From positions 11,783-75,782 of the forward strand of contig CAVOEB010000004.1 of assembly GCA_963694715.1 (NCBI GenBank): a DNA stretch of 64,000 nucleotides, read 5' to 3'. Below, in pieces: positions 45,055 through 55,876 of this stretch (the first letter of the stretch is position 1; each line of letters starts with the position of its first letter). Under the pieces are notes generated by a model. That model saw only the letters and a program-made list of their open reading frames with translations, made no database searches and was not told where the DNA came from. Source of the stretch: Alphaproteobacteria bacterium. Lineage in GTDB: Bacteria; Pseudomonadota; Alphaproteobacteria; UBA828; JAPUJA01. Position numbers and translations under genes: made by a program.

Positions 45055-45786
45055 GTGAAGAATATTGCATTGGTCACGGGTGGAGAGGGCGGCATCGGGC
45101 GTGCTGTCAACCGAAGCCTCAACGAGGCCGGCTATACGGTCCTGTCGGCCGACGTTACGGTCGATCCGGCCGAAAACGGTACGCGGCGCGACGACATGCC
45201 AAGCGAGGTCGTGCGTCATTATCTCGACGTGACCGACCCGGCGAGTTGCGAAGCGGCATGCGCGGCCGCGGCCGAGTTGGGTACGCTTAAGGTCGTGATC
45301 AACTGCGCAGGTATCCTGGTCGCAAGCTCCGTGGACGATTGGGACGAAGGTCGCGTCAAGCGCATGTTCGATATCAATGTCTTCGGCATGGCCCGTGTGA
45401 CTAGCGCGGCGAGCCGGCACATGTCCGACGGCGGGGCGATCGTGAACATCAGCAGCGTCAGCTGCCGGATCCCCTATGTCGAGTTCATGGCACTCTACGG
45501 CGCCACGAAGGCGGCTATGGAAAGCTACACCCGGAACTGTGCAACCGACCTCGCGCCCAAGAATATCCGGGTAAACTCGATTGCGCCCGGCATCATCGAC
45601 GTCGACATGTCCGATGATATGCGCCGCCTCGCCGAGGCCGAGCATGGCCCGGTCAACCGCATCCCGATGGGCCGCATGGGCACCGCCGATGAGATTGCCG
45701 ACGCCATCGAATTTCTCGTTTCCGACCGAGCCTCCTACATCACGGGAACGAACCTGCTGGTCGACGGCGGTCTCTGTAACTATTAA
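45055..45786 (+). CDS. Short-chain dehydrogenase/reductase
   Basis: TGGEGGIG, NCAG, YGATK, IAPG. Confidence 0.9.
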   Translation: MKNIALVTGGEGGIGRAVNRSLNEAGYTVLSADVTVDPAENGTRRDDMPSEVVRHYLDVTDPASCEAACAAAAELGTLKVVINCAGILVASSVDDWDEGRVKRMFDINVFGMARVTSAASRHMSDGGAIVNISSVSCRIPYVEFMALYGATKAAMESYTRNCATDLAPKNIRVNSIAPGIIDVDMSDDMRRLAEAEHGPVNRIPMGRMGTADEIADAIEFLVSDRASYITGTNLLVDGGLCNY

Positions 45787-45895
45787 AACTCTAGCCGCGA
45801 GCTTGCTCGCTTGACGCCCGACCCGGGGGCTTCGACTTCCGGGTCTCGCCCCGGCTTGTGCGGGGCATCCCTATGCTGCGGAGAGGAACACCACC

Positions 45896-47269
45896 ATGTC
45901 CAAGATCACCATCGAAGAATTGCGTCGTGCCATCGAAACCGAAGAGATCACCACGGTGGTTTGCGCGATGCCCGATCTGTGGGGCCGCCTGGTGGGTAAG
46001 CGTCTGACTGGAAATACGTTTCTCGAAACCGCGATTGGCGCCGAGGGGCTGCACGGCTCGCTCTATCTGTTCACGGTCAACATGGAAATGTGGCCCCAGC
46101 CGGGCTACGAGGTGACCAGCTTCGACACCGGGCTGAACGATTGCCTGTTTATGCCCGATCTCGATGCCATGTGGGTGACGCCGTGGCTCGAGCGCACCGC
46201 TATGGTGATCTGCGATCCCTGTTACGAGGGCACCGATAAGCCCCTCGAGATGGCGCCTCGCAACATTCTCAAGCGGGAAATTGCGAAGGCGGCCAAACTC
46301 GGGATTACGGCCAAGTTCGCCTCCGAGCTGGAATTTTTCCTGTTCAAGGATTCCTACGAGGAGGCGTGGGACAAGAGCTACCGCGAGCTTAACCCGACCT
46401 CCCGCTACAACGCCGACTATCACATTCTCCAATCGACTAAGGTCGAGCCCATCATCCAGCAGATTCGTGACGGCATGAACGCGGCCGGGATCGAGATCGA
46501 GTTCTCCAAGGTCGAGTGGGGATTGGGCCAGCAGGAAATCAACCTCAAATATGCCGATACCCTCGAAATGGCCGACCGGCACATGCTTTACAAACACGGG
46601 GTCAAGGAAATCGCGGCGCTGAACGGCCTATCGGCCTCGTTCATGGCGAAGCTCTGGAAGGACGAGATCGGTTCGTCTTGCCACCTGCATGCCAGCCTGT
46701 GGGACGCGGCGGGCAAGACGTCACTGTGCTGGGACGAGAGCCGGCCCGGGCATATCTCCGAGCTGTTCGGCCATTTCATGGGCGGGCTTCTTGGCACGGC
46801 GCGCGAACTGACCTGGCTCTACGCGCCGAACGTGAATTCCTACAAGCGGTTCGAGCCGCTTTCCTTTGCGCCGATCCAGATCGTGCTTGGCGATGACAAC
46901 CGGAGCTGCGGATTTCGGCTGTGCGGCGAGCACGATGCGTTCCGGGTCGAAAATCGAATTCCCGGCGCCGACGTCAATCCCTACCTGGGAATTGCTGCAA
47001 CCCTCGCAGCCGGCACCTACGGCGTCGAAAAAAAGCTGCCCGTACCCGAGATCTATCGGGGCAACGCCTATGAGGACGAAACTCTGCCCAAGGTGGCGAT
47101 GACGCTTTACGAGGCTATTGCCGAGTTCGATAAGAGCACGATCGCCCGCGAGATCCTGGGCGATATGGCCTACAACCACCTGCTCAATTTTGCCCGGGCC
47201 GAGCAGGCGTCGTTCGACAACGAAATCGTCACCGACTGGGAGCGCAAGCGCTACTTCGAGCGGGTTTGA
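45896..47269 (+). CDS. Glutamine synthetase-like gamma-glutamyl-amine ligase (GlnA4/IpuC-like)
   Basis: PDLWGRLVGKR, ELEFF, GSSCHLH, NSYKRF, DNRSCGFR, ENRIPGADVNPY, VTDWERKRYFE. Confidence 0.88.
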   Translation: MSKITIEELRRAIETEEITTVVCAMPDLWGRLVGKRLTGNTFLETAIGAEGLHGSLYLFTVNMEMWPQPGYEVTSFDTGLNDCLFMPDLDAMWVTPWLERTAMVICDPCYEGTDKPLEMAPRNILKREIAKAAKLGITAKFASELEFFLFKDSYEEAWDKSYRELNPTSRYNADYHILQSTKVEPIIQQIRDGMNAAGIEIEFSKVEWGLGQQEINLKYADTLEMADRHMLYKHGVKEIAALNGLSASFMAKLWKDEIGSSCHLHASLWDAAGKTSLCWDESRPGHISELFGHFMGGLLGTARELTWLYAPNVNSYKRFEPLSFAPIQIVLGDDNRSCGFRLCGEHDAFRVENRIPGADVNPYLGIAATLAAGTYGVEKKLPVPEIYRGNAYEDETLPKVAMTLYEAIAEFDKSTIAREILGDMAYNHLLNFARAEQASFDNEIVTDWERKRYFERV

Positions 47270-47391
47270 GGCCGTCATTCCCACTGCAGCGCTTATGAAA
47301 CCATTCCCGAAATCAATGGGCGAATCGCCGATTTCGGCTTGCCACGGACGCGCTGCTTCGCCAGAGTCGCGACCGGATAAGGGAGCCGGCC

Positions 47392-48642
47392 ATGACTAAA
47401 TTCTCCATTGTCAGCCTCGTGCGCAACGCGCTCAGCCATCACGAGGGTTGGTCGGCGCAATGGCGCAGCCCCGAGCCGAAGCCGGCTTATGACGTGGTCA
47501 TTGTGGGCGCTGGCGGCCACGGCCTCGCCACGGCGTACTATCTCGCGAAGCACCACGGTGTGACCAACGTCGCAGTGCTCGAGAAGGGTTGGCTGGGCGG
47601 CGGCAACACCGGGCGCAACACGACGATCATTCGGTCGAACTACCTGTGGGAGGAGAGCGCCGCAATCTACGAACATTCGCTTAAGCTCTGGGAGGGGCTG
47701 TCCCAAGAACTCAACTATAACGTCATGCTGAGCCAGCGTGGCGTGCTGAACCTTTGTCACAATACCCACGACATCCAAGAGGGGGTTCGTCGGGTCAACG
47801 CCAACCGGTTGAACGGGATCGACGCTGAGTGGCTGGTCCCGGCGCAAGTCAAGGCGTTCTGTCCGATTCTTAACATTTCTCCGGGTGCGCGCTATCCGGT
47901 CGAGGGCGCGACCCTGCAGAGGCGCGGGGGTGTGGCGCGCCACGACGCGGTCGCCTGGGGTTTCGCGCGCGGTGCCGATGCCCGGGGCGTCGATATCATC
48001 CAGAACTGCGAGGTCACGGGCATCGATGTCGAAGCGGGCCGGGTGATCGGTGTTCGCACTACGCGCGGCGCGATCCGGGCGAAGCAAGTCGCGATCGTGG
48101 CCGCTGGGCATAACTCGGTGGTCGCCCAGATGGCGGGGCTGCGCCTGCCCATCGAGAGCCATCCCCTGCAGGCGCTGGTCTCCGAACCGCTGAAGCCCGT
48201 AATGCCGACGGTGGTGATGTCGAACGCGGTGCACGTCTATGTCAGTCAGTCGGACAAGGGCGAATTGGTAATCGGCGCCGGTGTCGATAGCTTCAATTCG
48301 TACGGCCAACGGGGCGGTTTGCATGTGATTGAAGACCAGATGGGAGCCATCATTGAGTTGTTCCCGATCTTCAGCCGGTTGCGCATGATGCGGAGCTGGG
48401 GCGGCATCGTGGACGTTTGCCCCGATGCCTCGCCGATCGTCGCGAAAACGCCTGTCGGCGGGCTCTACATCAATGGCGGCTGGGGCACCGGCGGCTTCAA
48501 GGCGACGCCCGGCTCCGGCTGGGTGTTCGCCCATACCATCGCCAACGACGCGCCCCATCCGCTTAACGCCGCGTTCACCCTCGAACGGTTCTCGAGCGGT
48601 GCGCTGATCGACGAGCACGGCGCGGCGGCCGTGGCGCACTGA
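47392..48642 (+). CDS. soxB: Sarcosine oxidase beta subunit
   Basis: [41 protein letters not shown]. Confidence 0.95.
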   Translation: MTKFSIVSLVRNALSHHEGWSAQWRSPEPKPAYDVVIVGAGGHGLATAYYLAKHHGVTNVAVLEKGWLGGGNTGRNTTIIRSNYLWEESAAIYEHSLKLWEGLSQELNYNVMLSQRGVLNLCHNTHDIQEGVRRVNANRLNGIDAEWLVPAQVKAFCPILNISPGARYPVEGATLQRRGGVARHDAVAWGFARGADARGVDIIQNCEVTGIDVEAGRVIGVRTTRGAIRAKQVAIVAAGHNSVVAQMAGLRLPIESHPLQALVSEPLKPVMPTVVMSNAVHVYVSQSDKGELVIGAGVDSFNSYGQRGGLHVIEDQMGAIIELFPIFSRLRMMRSWGGIVDVCPDASPIVAKTPVGGLYINGGWGTGGFKATPGSGWVFAHTIANDAPHPLNAAFTLERFSSGALIDEHGAAAVAH

Positions 48643-48651
48643 GGCGAGACC

Positions 48652-48948
48652 ATGCTCAAGATACCCTGTCCCTGGTGCGGCCTGCGCCCCGAAACGGAAT
48701 TTCGCAACGGCGGAGAAGCCCATATCGCACGGCCCGCCAATCCCTTCGCGGTGACCGACGCGGAGTGGGCGGACTATCTGTTCATGCGCACGAACCCCAA
48801 GGGCTGGCACCGCGAGCGCTGGAACCACGCGCAAGGCTGCCGGCGCTGGTTTAACGCTGTGCGCCACACGGTGAGCCACGAGATCGCCGCGACCTATCCC
48901 ATGGACGCAGCCCAGCCGCCTCTGCCCGAGCACGACGGGGAGGGTTGA
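48652..48948 (+). CDS. soxD: Sarcosine oxidase delta subunit
   Basis: CPWCG...GGEAHIARP...HAQGCRRWFN. Confidence 0.95.
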   Translation: MLKIPCPWCGLRPETEFRNGGEAHIARPANPFAVTDAEWADYLFMRTNPKGWHRERWNHAQGCRRWFNAVRHTVSHEIAATYPMDAAQPPLPEHDGEG

Positions 48949-51900
48949 GCATGGGTGCGGGTTTTCGCAGAGACGGCGGCGGACGGGTCAACCGGACACA
49001 GCCCTTGCCCTTCACGTTCAACGGCCGCCGCCTGATGGGCTTTGCCGGCGATACGCTGGCCTCGGCGTTGCTCGCTAACGGCGTTCACCTCGTCAGCCGG
49101 AGCTTCAAATACCACCGCCCGCGCGGCATTCTCTCGGCCGGAGCGGAAGAACCCTGCGCTCTCGTCCAGCTCGAGGAAGGCGCGCGCACCGAGCCCAACC
49201 TGCGCGCCACCCAGATTGAGCTCTATGCCGGGCTGAGCGCACGCGGGGTCAACGCCTGGCCGTCGGTCGCGTTCGACCTCGGTGCGGTCAACAACCGGCT
49301 GTCCAAACTGTTTGCCGCCGGCTTCTACTACAAGACCTTCATGTGGCCGCCCTCGTTCTGGCGAACGCTGTACGAGCCGATCATCCGGCGCATGGCCGGG
49401 CTGGGCCACGCCCCAAAACTGCCCGATCCGGATCTCTACGACCGGATGAACGCCCGTTGCGACCTGCTCGTGGTCGGTGGCGGTCCGGCGGGCCTGGCGG
49501 CGGCGCAGGCGGCGGCGCGCAGCGGCGCACGGGTAATCCTGGCCGACGAGCAGGCAGAATTCGGCGGCGGCCTGCTCGGTGCGTCGCGTACGATCGCCGG
49601 CGAGCCGGGCGCTGCCTGGGTGGCGGAGGTGATCGACGAACTGGCTGCGGCGGAAGAGGTGCGGTTGCTGCCGCGCGCCACGGTGTTCGGTTATTACGAT
49701 CACAACCAGCTGGCGGCGCTCGAGCGGCGCACCGATCATCTTGGCCCCGGCGCGGCTCCGGGCCAGGCGCGTCACCGAATTTGGCATATCGACGCTGCCC
49801 AGGTGGTATTGGCGACCGGCGCCCACGAACGTCCGCTCGTGTTTGCCGATAACGACCGGCCGGGAATCATGCTGGCGGGCGCGGCGCGCACTTATATCGA
49901 GCGTTACGCCGCCGTGCCGGGGCGCCGCGCGGTGGTCTTCACCAACAATGACACCGCCTACGAGACGGCGCTGGCGCTCGCGGATGCGGGCGCCGAGGTT
50001 GCCGCCGTGATTGATCTTCGCACCCAGGCCGACGGCCCCTTCGCGGAGCGGGTGGCGGAACGGGGCATCCCAGTGCATCACCGCTCGGCCATCGTGGCCA
50101 CGGTCGGGGGGCAGCGCGTTGCCGGCGTAGAGGTCCGGGCCCTGGACGGTGCGGGCGAAATAGCCGGCGGCGGGGCGCAATCCATCGCTTGCGATCTGGT
50201 TGCCGTGTCCGGCGGCTGGAGCCCGGCGGTGCATCTGTTCAGCCAGTCCCGGGGGCGCCTGCGTTACGACGGCACCAACGCGTGCTTTGTTCCCGGCGTT
50301 TCGATCCAGGCGGAACGCTCGGTGGGCGCGGCCCAGGGCCGCTTCAGCCTCGCAGACGCCCTGGCGGACGGAGCGCAGGCCGGGGTCGCAGCGGCCCGCG
50401 CCGCCGGCCTCAACGCGGTGGACATGGCGCCGGCCCCGACCGACGCGCCGCCCGCCGGCGGGATCGAAGCGTACTGGCTGGTGCCCGGCAAGCGGCCGCT
50501 AGGCCATGGCCCGGCCAAGCATTTCATCGACATGCAGGACGACGTGACCGCCGCCGATATTCGTCTCGCCGTGCGCGAGGGCTTCCAGTCCGTCGAGCAC
50601 GTCAAGCGCTACACCACCGTGGGCATGGGCACCGACCAGGGCAAGGTCTCGAACCTCAACGCGCTAGCGATCCTGGCAGACGCGCTGGGCCGCCCGATCC
50701 CCGAGGTCGGCACCACGACCTTCCGCGCGCCCTACACGCCGGTTACCTTCGGCGCGCTGGCCGGGCGTGACGGAGGCGAGCTTATGGATCCTGCGCGCCT
50801 GACCGCGATCCATGTCTGGCATGAGACGCACGGCGCGGTGTTCGAGAATGTCGGTCAGTGGAAGCGGCCCTACTGGTATCCGAGGGCAGGCGAGGACAAG
50901 CAGGCGGCGGTGAACCGCGAATGCCGGGCGGTGCGTGAGTGTGTCGGCCTGCTCGACGCTTCGACGCTGGGCAAGATCGACATTCGGGGACCGGACGCGG
51001 GAGAATTTCTTGATCGCATCTACACCAACAGCTTTTCGACCCTGCCCATGGGCAAGGTGCGCTATGGCCTGATGTGCCACGACGACGGGATGATCTTCGA
51101 CGACGGCACCACGGCACGCCTGGGCGAGGATCATTTCCTGATGACCACCACGTCGGGCAACGCCGCCAGCGTGCTCGACTGGCTGGAGGAATGGCTGCAG
51201 ACCGAATGGCCGGAGCTGAAGGTTTATTGCAGCTCGGTCACCGAGCAATGGGCGACTCTCGCGCTGGCTGGGCCGCGTTCGCGCGATGTGTTGGCGGCAC
51301 TCGCGCCCGATGTTGATCTCGACGACGCGGCGTTTCCCTTCATGACCACGCGCGAGTGGGTGGTTGCGGGCATGTCTGCGCGGATCGCGCGGATCAGCTT
51401 CGCCGGCGGTCTGGGCTTCGAGCTCAACGTCCCATGGGACCGCGGTCTCGCCTTGTGGCGGGCGGTCATGGCTGCGGGCGAACCTTACGGCATCACGCCC
51501 TACGGCACCGAGGCGATGCATGTGCTGCGCGCCGAGAGCGGTTTTATCATCGTTGGTCAGGAGACCGACGGTACGGTCACGCCGTTCGATCTCGGCATGG
51601 ACTGGATCGTGAGCAAGAAAGAGCCCGATTTCATCGGCAAGCGGGCTTACTCGCGCCCCGATACGGCGCGCACCGACCGCAAACAGCTGGTCGGGCTGCT
51701 CACGGAAAAGCCGCTCGAGGTTTTGCCCGAGGGCGCCCAGCTCGTCGACCAGCCCCACCATCCCAAACCCATGCCCATGATCGGCCATGTTACGTCGAGC
51801 TATTACAGCGAGAACCTGGGCCGCTCCATCGCGTTCGCGCTGGTCATGGGCGGGCGCGAGCGACTGGGTGAGACGATTTACGCGCCGCTCAAAACAAAAC

Positions 51901-51965
51901 AGGTCAAGGCGGTGATTACCCGGCCGATGTTCCTGGAAACCGGCAAGGCGGGCGGCCATGGCTGA
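48945..51965 (+). CDS. soxA: Sarcosine oxidase alpha subunit
   Basis: RSFKYHRPRG, KRYTTVGMGTDQGK, DASTLGKI, GcvT-like C-terminus. Confidence 0.95.
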   Translation: MSMGAGFRRDGGGRVNRTQPLPFTFNGRRLMGFAGDTLASALLANGVHLVSRSFKYHRPRGILSAGAEEPCALVQLEEGARTEPNLRATQIELYAGLSARGVNAWPSVAFDLGAVNNRLSKLFAAGFYYKTFMWPPSFWRTLYEPIIRRMAGLGHAPKLPDPDLYDRMNARCDLLVVGGGPAGLAAAQAAARSGARVILADEQAEFGGGLLGASRTIAGEPGAAWVAEVIDELAAAEEVRLLPRATVFGYYDHNQLAALERRTDHLGPGAAPGQARHRIWHIDAAQVVLATGAHERPLVFADNDRPGIMLAGAARTYIERYAAVPGRRAVVFTNNDTAYETALALADAGAEVAAVIDLRTQADGPFAERVAERGIPVHHRSAIVATVGGQRVAGVEVRALDGAGEIAGGGAQSIACDLVAVSGGWSPAVHLFSQSRGRLRYDGTNACFVPGVSIQAERSVGAAQGRFSLADALADGAQAGVAAARAAGLNAVDMAPAPTDAPPAGGIEAYWLVPGKRPLGHGPAKHFIDMQDDVTAADIRLAVREGFQSVEHVKRYTTVGMGTDQGKVSNLNALAILADALGRPIPEVGTTTFRAPYTPVTFGALAGRDGGELMDPARLTAIHVWHETHGAVFENVGQWKRPYWYPRAGEDKQAAVNRECRAVRECVGLLDASTLGKIDIRGPDAGEFLDRIYTNSFSTLPMGKVRYGLMCHDDGMIFDDGTTARLGEDHFLMTTTSGNAASVLDWLEEWLQTEWPELKVYCSSVTEQWATLALAGPRSRDVLAALAPDVDLDDAAFPFMTTREWVVAGMSARIARISFAGGLGFELNVPWDRGLALWRAVMAAGEPYGITPYGTEAMHVLRAESGFIIVGQETDGTVTPFDLGMDWIVSKKEPDFIGKRAYSRPDTARTDRKQLVGLLTEKPLEVLPEGAQLVDQPHHPKPMPMIGHVTSSYYSENLGRSIAFALVMGGRERLGETIYAPLKTKQVKAVITRPMFLETGKAGGHG

Positions 51966-52587
51966 CGCGATACGACGCAATCCGTTCGACGGGCTCGACG
52001 ACGCGATGGCGCAAGGGTCTAACGACGCTGTCCGCCTTGCGGCGCGGCCTGTGATGAGCCAGATCGGCCTGCGCCTCGATCCCTCGGACACGGACGCCAT
52101 GGGCGCCGTGGGTCGCTCCCTGGGCCTGGTGCTGCCGAATGAGCCCAATCGTGTCGCGGGCGACGTGGAGGGCGGTATTGCAGCATTCTGGCTCGGCCCC
52201 GACGAATGGCTGGCGGTGGCGCCCGAGGCCGAGGGAGAGCGGCTGCTGGCCGATTTGGGCGGCGCGCTGGCCGGTCGTCACGCCGCGGCGCTCGATCAGA
52301 GCGCGGCGCGGGGTGTCTTGCGGCTTTCCGGCCCGCGGGCGCGGGACGTTCTGGCCAAGGGCTGTCGGCTCGACCTGCACCAAGGCGTGTTCAAACCGGG
52401 GCAATGCGCCCAGACGGCGATAGCCCGGGCACTAGTGCTGATTTGCGCGCTCGATGAGATGCCAAGCTTCGACCTCTATGTCCGACCATCTTTTTCGCAT
52501 TACATTACCCATTGGTTGCTCGACGCCATGGCCGAATACGGTCTGCCCGAGCTGTCAGTGTCCAATTCCGGAGTGCGTGCGACATGA
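51958..52587 (+). CDS. soxG: Sarcosine oxidase gamma subunit
   Basis: WLGPDEWL, GCRLDLH, VRPSFSHY. Confidence 0.9.
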   Translation: MADAIRRNPFDGLDDAMAQGSNDAVRLAARPVMSQIGLRLDPSDTDAMGAVGRSLGLVLPNEPNRVAGDVEGGIAAFWLGPDEWLAVAPEAEGERLLADLGGALAGRHAAALDQSAARGVLRLSGPRARDVLAKGCRLDLHQGVFKPGQCAQTAIARALVLICALDEMPSFDLYVRPSFSHYITHWLLDAMAEYGLPELSVSNSGVRAT

Positions 52588-53969
52588 CCGTCAGCCTGTT
52601 CGAGTTGTTCAAGATCGGCATCGGGCCATCGAGTTCCCACACCGTGGGGCCGATGCGCGCCGCGCGGAAGTTCCTCGAGGCGCTCGAGGCGGGCGGCACG
52701 CTGGAGAAGGCGGCACGTATAGAAGTGCGGCTTTACGGCTCGCTGGCGCTGACCGGTCACGGCCACGGTTCCGACGCCGCGATCCTCCTCGGGCTGGCAG
52801 GCGAGCGGCCCGACGGGATCGATCCCGACGCCGTGCCCGGCATCCTGAGCGCTATCCGCAAGAACGAAAGTGTAGCGCTGTTGGGCAAACACACGGTCGG
52901 GTTCGTGGAAAAGACCGACCTGATCTTCGAGATGGGAAAAATTTTGACTCACCACACCAACGGCATGCGCTTCGCCGCGTTCGACGGGGGCGGAGCCGAA
53001 ATTTGGTGTCACAAATATTATTCCGTGGGCGGCGGCTTCATCGTCAGCGCCGACGAGATCGAGGCCGATGCGGCGGCCGCAATCTCCGCCGCCGATCCGG
53101 TGCCCTACAACTTTGCGTCCGCCGACGAGCTTTTGACCATGGGCCGGGTACACAAGCTCTCGATTGCCGAGATCATGATGGAGAACGAAAAATCGCGTAG
53201 CTGTGAGGCCGAGGTGCGTCGCCATATCCTCGAAATCTGGCACGTCATGGACGATTGCATCGAGCGCGGCTGTAACATCACCGGTAACCTGCCGGGCAAG
53301 CTCAAAGTGCGCCGGCGCGCGCGCGACCTCAAGCGCGGTCTGATGCAGCTTCGCCAGCGCAACGCGGCGCCGCCTAACGAGGTGATGGACTGGACCTCCA
53401 TTTTTGCCATCGCGGTCAACGAGCAAAATGCGGCGGGCGGGCGCATCGTGACCGCGCCGACCAACGGAGCGGCGGGCGTGGTGCCGGCGGTGCTGCGTTA
53501 TTACAACGAGTTTTGCCCCGACGCGGACGAGAACGGTACGGTAAATTTTCTGCTCGCCGCGGCGGCCGTGGGCGCACTGGTCAAGCGCAACGCCTCGATT
53601 TCGGGCGCCGAGATGGGCTGCCAGGGCGAGGTCGGCACGGCCTGCGCCATGGCGGCTGCAGGCCTGGCCACCGCACTGGGCGGCACCAACGAGCAGGTCG
53701 AGAACGCCGCCGAGATCGGCATGGAACATCACCTCGGCATGACCTGCGACCCGATCGGCGGACTGGTCCAGATCCCTTGTATCGAGCGCAACGCCATGGG
53801 CGCGATCAAGGCGATCAACGCGGCGTCGCTGGCGCTCAAGGGCGACGGCTTCCATTACGTTTCGCTCGATAACGTCATCGAGACCATGCGCCAGACCGGC
53901 GTCGACATGCAGAGCAAGTACAAGGAAACCAGCCTGGGCGGGCTGGCCGTGAACGTTCCCGAGTGCTAG
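52584..53969 (+). CDS. sdaA: L-serine ammonia-lyase (Fe-S)
   Basis: [33 protein letters not shown]. Confidence 0.95.
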   Translation: MTVSLFELFKIGIGPSSSHTVGPMRAARKFLEALEAGGTLEKAARIEVRLYGSLALTGHGHGSDAAILLGLAGERPDGIDPDAVPGILSAIRKNESVALLGKHTVGFVEKTDLIFEMGKILTHHTNGMRFAAFDGGGAEIWCHKYYSVGGGFIVSADEIEADAAAAISAADPVPYNFASADELLTMGRVHKLSIAEIMMENEKSRSCEAEVRRHILEIWHVMDDCIERGCNITGNLPGKLKVRRRARDLKRGLMQLRQRNAAPPNEVMDWTSIFAIAVNEQNAAGGRIVTAPTNGAAGVVPAVLRYYNEFCPDADENGTVNFLLAAAAVGALVKRNASISGAEMGCQGEVGTACAMAAAGLATALGGTNEQVENAAEIGMEHHLGMTCDPIGGLVQIPCIERNAMGAIKAINAASLALKGDGFHYVSLDNVIETMRQTGVDMQSKYKETSLGGLAVNVPEC

Positions 53970-54008
53970 CGCAGCGTGGGGAGGCGGGTGCTAGTGCAAA
54001 ACCTGCTT

Positions 54009-54072
54009 GGATTTCGCGAGCCCGTAAGTGCAGACCGCCGCAGAGCCGGGGTTGGCCTGGGGCGGTCGGCCC
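54009..54072 (-). repeat. Intergenic repeat family, right module (copy F)
   Basis: Reverse complement ggccgaccgccccaggccaaccccggctctgcggcggtctgcacttacgggctcgcgaaatcc aligns with copy D. Confidence 0.75.
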
Positions 54073-54100
54073 CAAGAAAAGATCAGGCCGACTAAACGCC

Positions 54101-54127
54101 GTGTAGCTTTACTGCGTAAAGCTACAC
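54101..54127. terminator. Perfect hairpin between convergent genes
   Basis: gtgtagctttac-tgc-gtaaagctacac 12-bp stem. Confidence 0.6.
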
Positions 54128-54137
54128 AGAAAACGCG

Positions 54138-55777
54138 CTAAGCCTCGCCAATCTCGATATAGCCGTGCTTGAGCAGAAAGTCGAAGTTGCGCATGATCTG
54201 TTCGCCGTTTACCCCCGTGGCGCTGCGCCGGCGGCATCCACCACCGCACCCAGCGTCGAGGGGCCCTGGGCCATGCCGCACATGATTGCCTCCATCACCG
54301 GGAATTTCAGCCGGCCCTTGAGCACGGCATAGATGGTCGGGGTAAAGCCTGCTTCAGCACGCGCAAAACCGTAGACGCTGATCGAGACCGGCGTAGTATC
54401 GCCAAGCGTACGGGTCGGGAAATGGCCGAACATGCGAGAAAAATTCGGGGTTAGAAGCGCGGCCGGCGCGGGCGTGCCGTTGGCGGCGTTGCGGGTGGCG
54501 AGCGCCTTGTCGCGCTGTTCGGCCCACATCGCCTCATATTTCGGGATGATCGACGCCGAGCGGAACTCGCGGCTGGCATCCGCGCCCGCCTTGCCCATGG
54601 CGTGACGCAAATCGGCGCTTTTTTCGAGCGCGACAAGGGCCTCGGCCAGGCGGCCCAGGTTAAGCCCCACCCTCTGGCTGCGCACGAAGCCCAGGATCGA
54701 GGGATCGAGCAGGCCGGCGATGCCCTGCCAGGGCTCTTCCGAAGCGCTCGCGAAGGTCGTGATCTTGAAGCCCGTCTCGCCCTCTTTCACCAGCTCACGA
54801 TAGCCGTTGAAGTCGAAAACTACCGTGGGCAGGCCGTGAGCCATGGCCTTGATTATGGTCAACCCGAAGGTTTACTGGTGGTTGTCGGCGAGCGAGACGA
54901 ACAGGTCGGTGGCCGCGTAGAGCTTGCGCTTGCGCTCGAAATCGAAATTCGCCTCGATCCGTACATGGGGCTCGAGGTTCAACGAGGTGACGATATCGTG
55001 GGCCAGTGCAATATCCGCCTCGTCACCCCCGCCGGCCAGGGTCAGCTTTGGGAGGTGATCGTTCGCGATTAGGTATTTGAGGTACTCGAGCAGGGGCGAG
55101 AGGTCTATCTTGCGACGGACCGAAAAGCGCCCCAGCGAGAGCAGCACGAGGTGATCCTCGGACAGGCCGAGCTCGGCGCGGCTCGCTTCGCGGGCCGGTG
55201 TGGCGTCGTATTCGTCCGATAGGCCCAGCAGAATGTGGACCAGCTTCGTGCGGCGTGGCCGCGAAGCGGTTTTCGAAGCCTTGGGCGATCTGGCGCCGAA
55301 GCTCTCGGTCAGCAGGGTCAGTGCGCACTGGCTCGAACAGACGATGGCGTCGAGCTAGCGCGGATTCGCCATCAGGATCTGCAGCAGGCGGGTATGCAGG
55401 TGAACCCGGTCGAGCGAATGGGTAATGCCCGAGACGGCAAAAGCGCAACCATCACCGCGCCGTGCGCGGTAATCCATCAGGTGGGGGAAAGAATAGGTGA
55501 AATCCCCCTGGTGGAGCACGTCGATCGCGCCCTCGCTCGCGTCGTCCGCGAAATCGGCCTGGGTGGTAAAGGCGATGCGCAAGAAATCGTCGTGAGAAAG
55601 CAGGTTTGAAAGCTGATAGTAGCCCTGGGCGAGGTCGTCATCGTCGAGATAGTAGAAGCGATAGCTCTCGTAGGTTCCGTGGGCGAGCAGGAAACCCCGG
55701 TTGGCGATGGGCTTGCCCATCTTATCCTGCTAAAATCCGTCCTGGACGAGAAAGCTGTCGAGGCTGGCCTACTGCAT
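54138..55777 (-). pseudogene. GT4-family glycosyltransferase pseudogene
   Basis: LSLGRFS, FVSLADNHQ*TFGLTIIKAMAHGLPTVVFDFNGYRELV; several in-frame stops and frameshifts. Confidence 0.8.
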
Positions 55778-55876
55778 GAGCGATTTTCCGCGAAGTCGGG
55801 GCGGGAATACCCCGCCGGAAGCTACGGAAAGCCTAGGGGAACGTGGTTAAGGAAGGGTTGCGCGGGCGCGCGCCGC

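Noticed and set aside
47293-53855. Long antisense ORFs (546, 446, 494, 451 aa) opposite soxBDAG-sdaA, and similar ones elsewhere
   Set aside because: Shadow frames expected from high-GC codon bias; no recognisable motifs.
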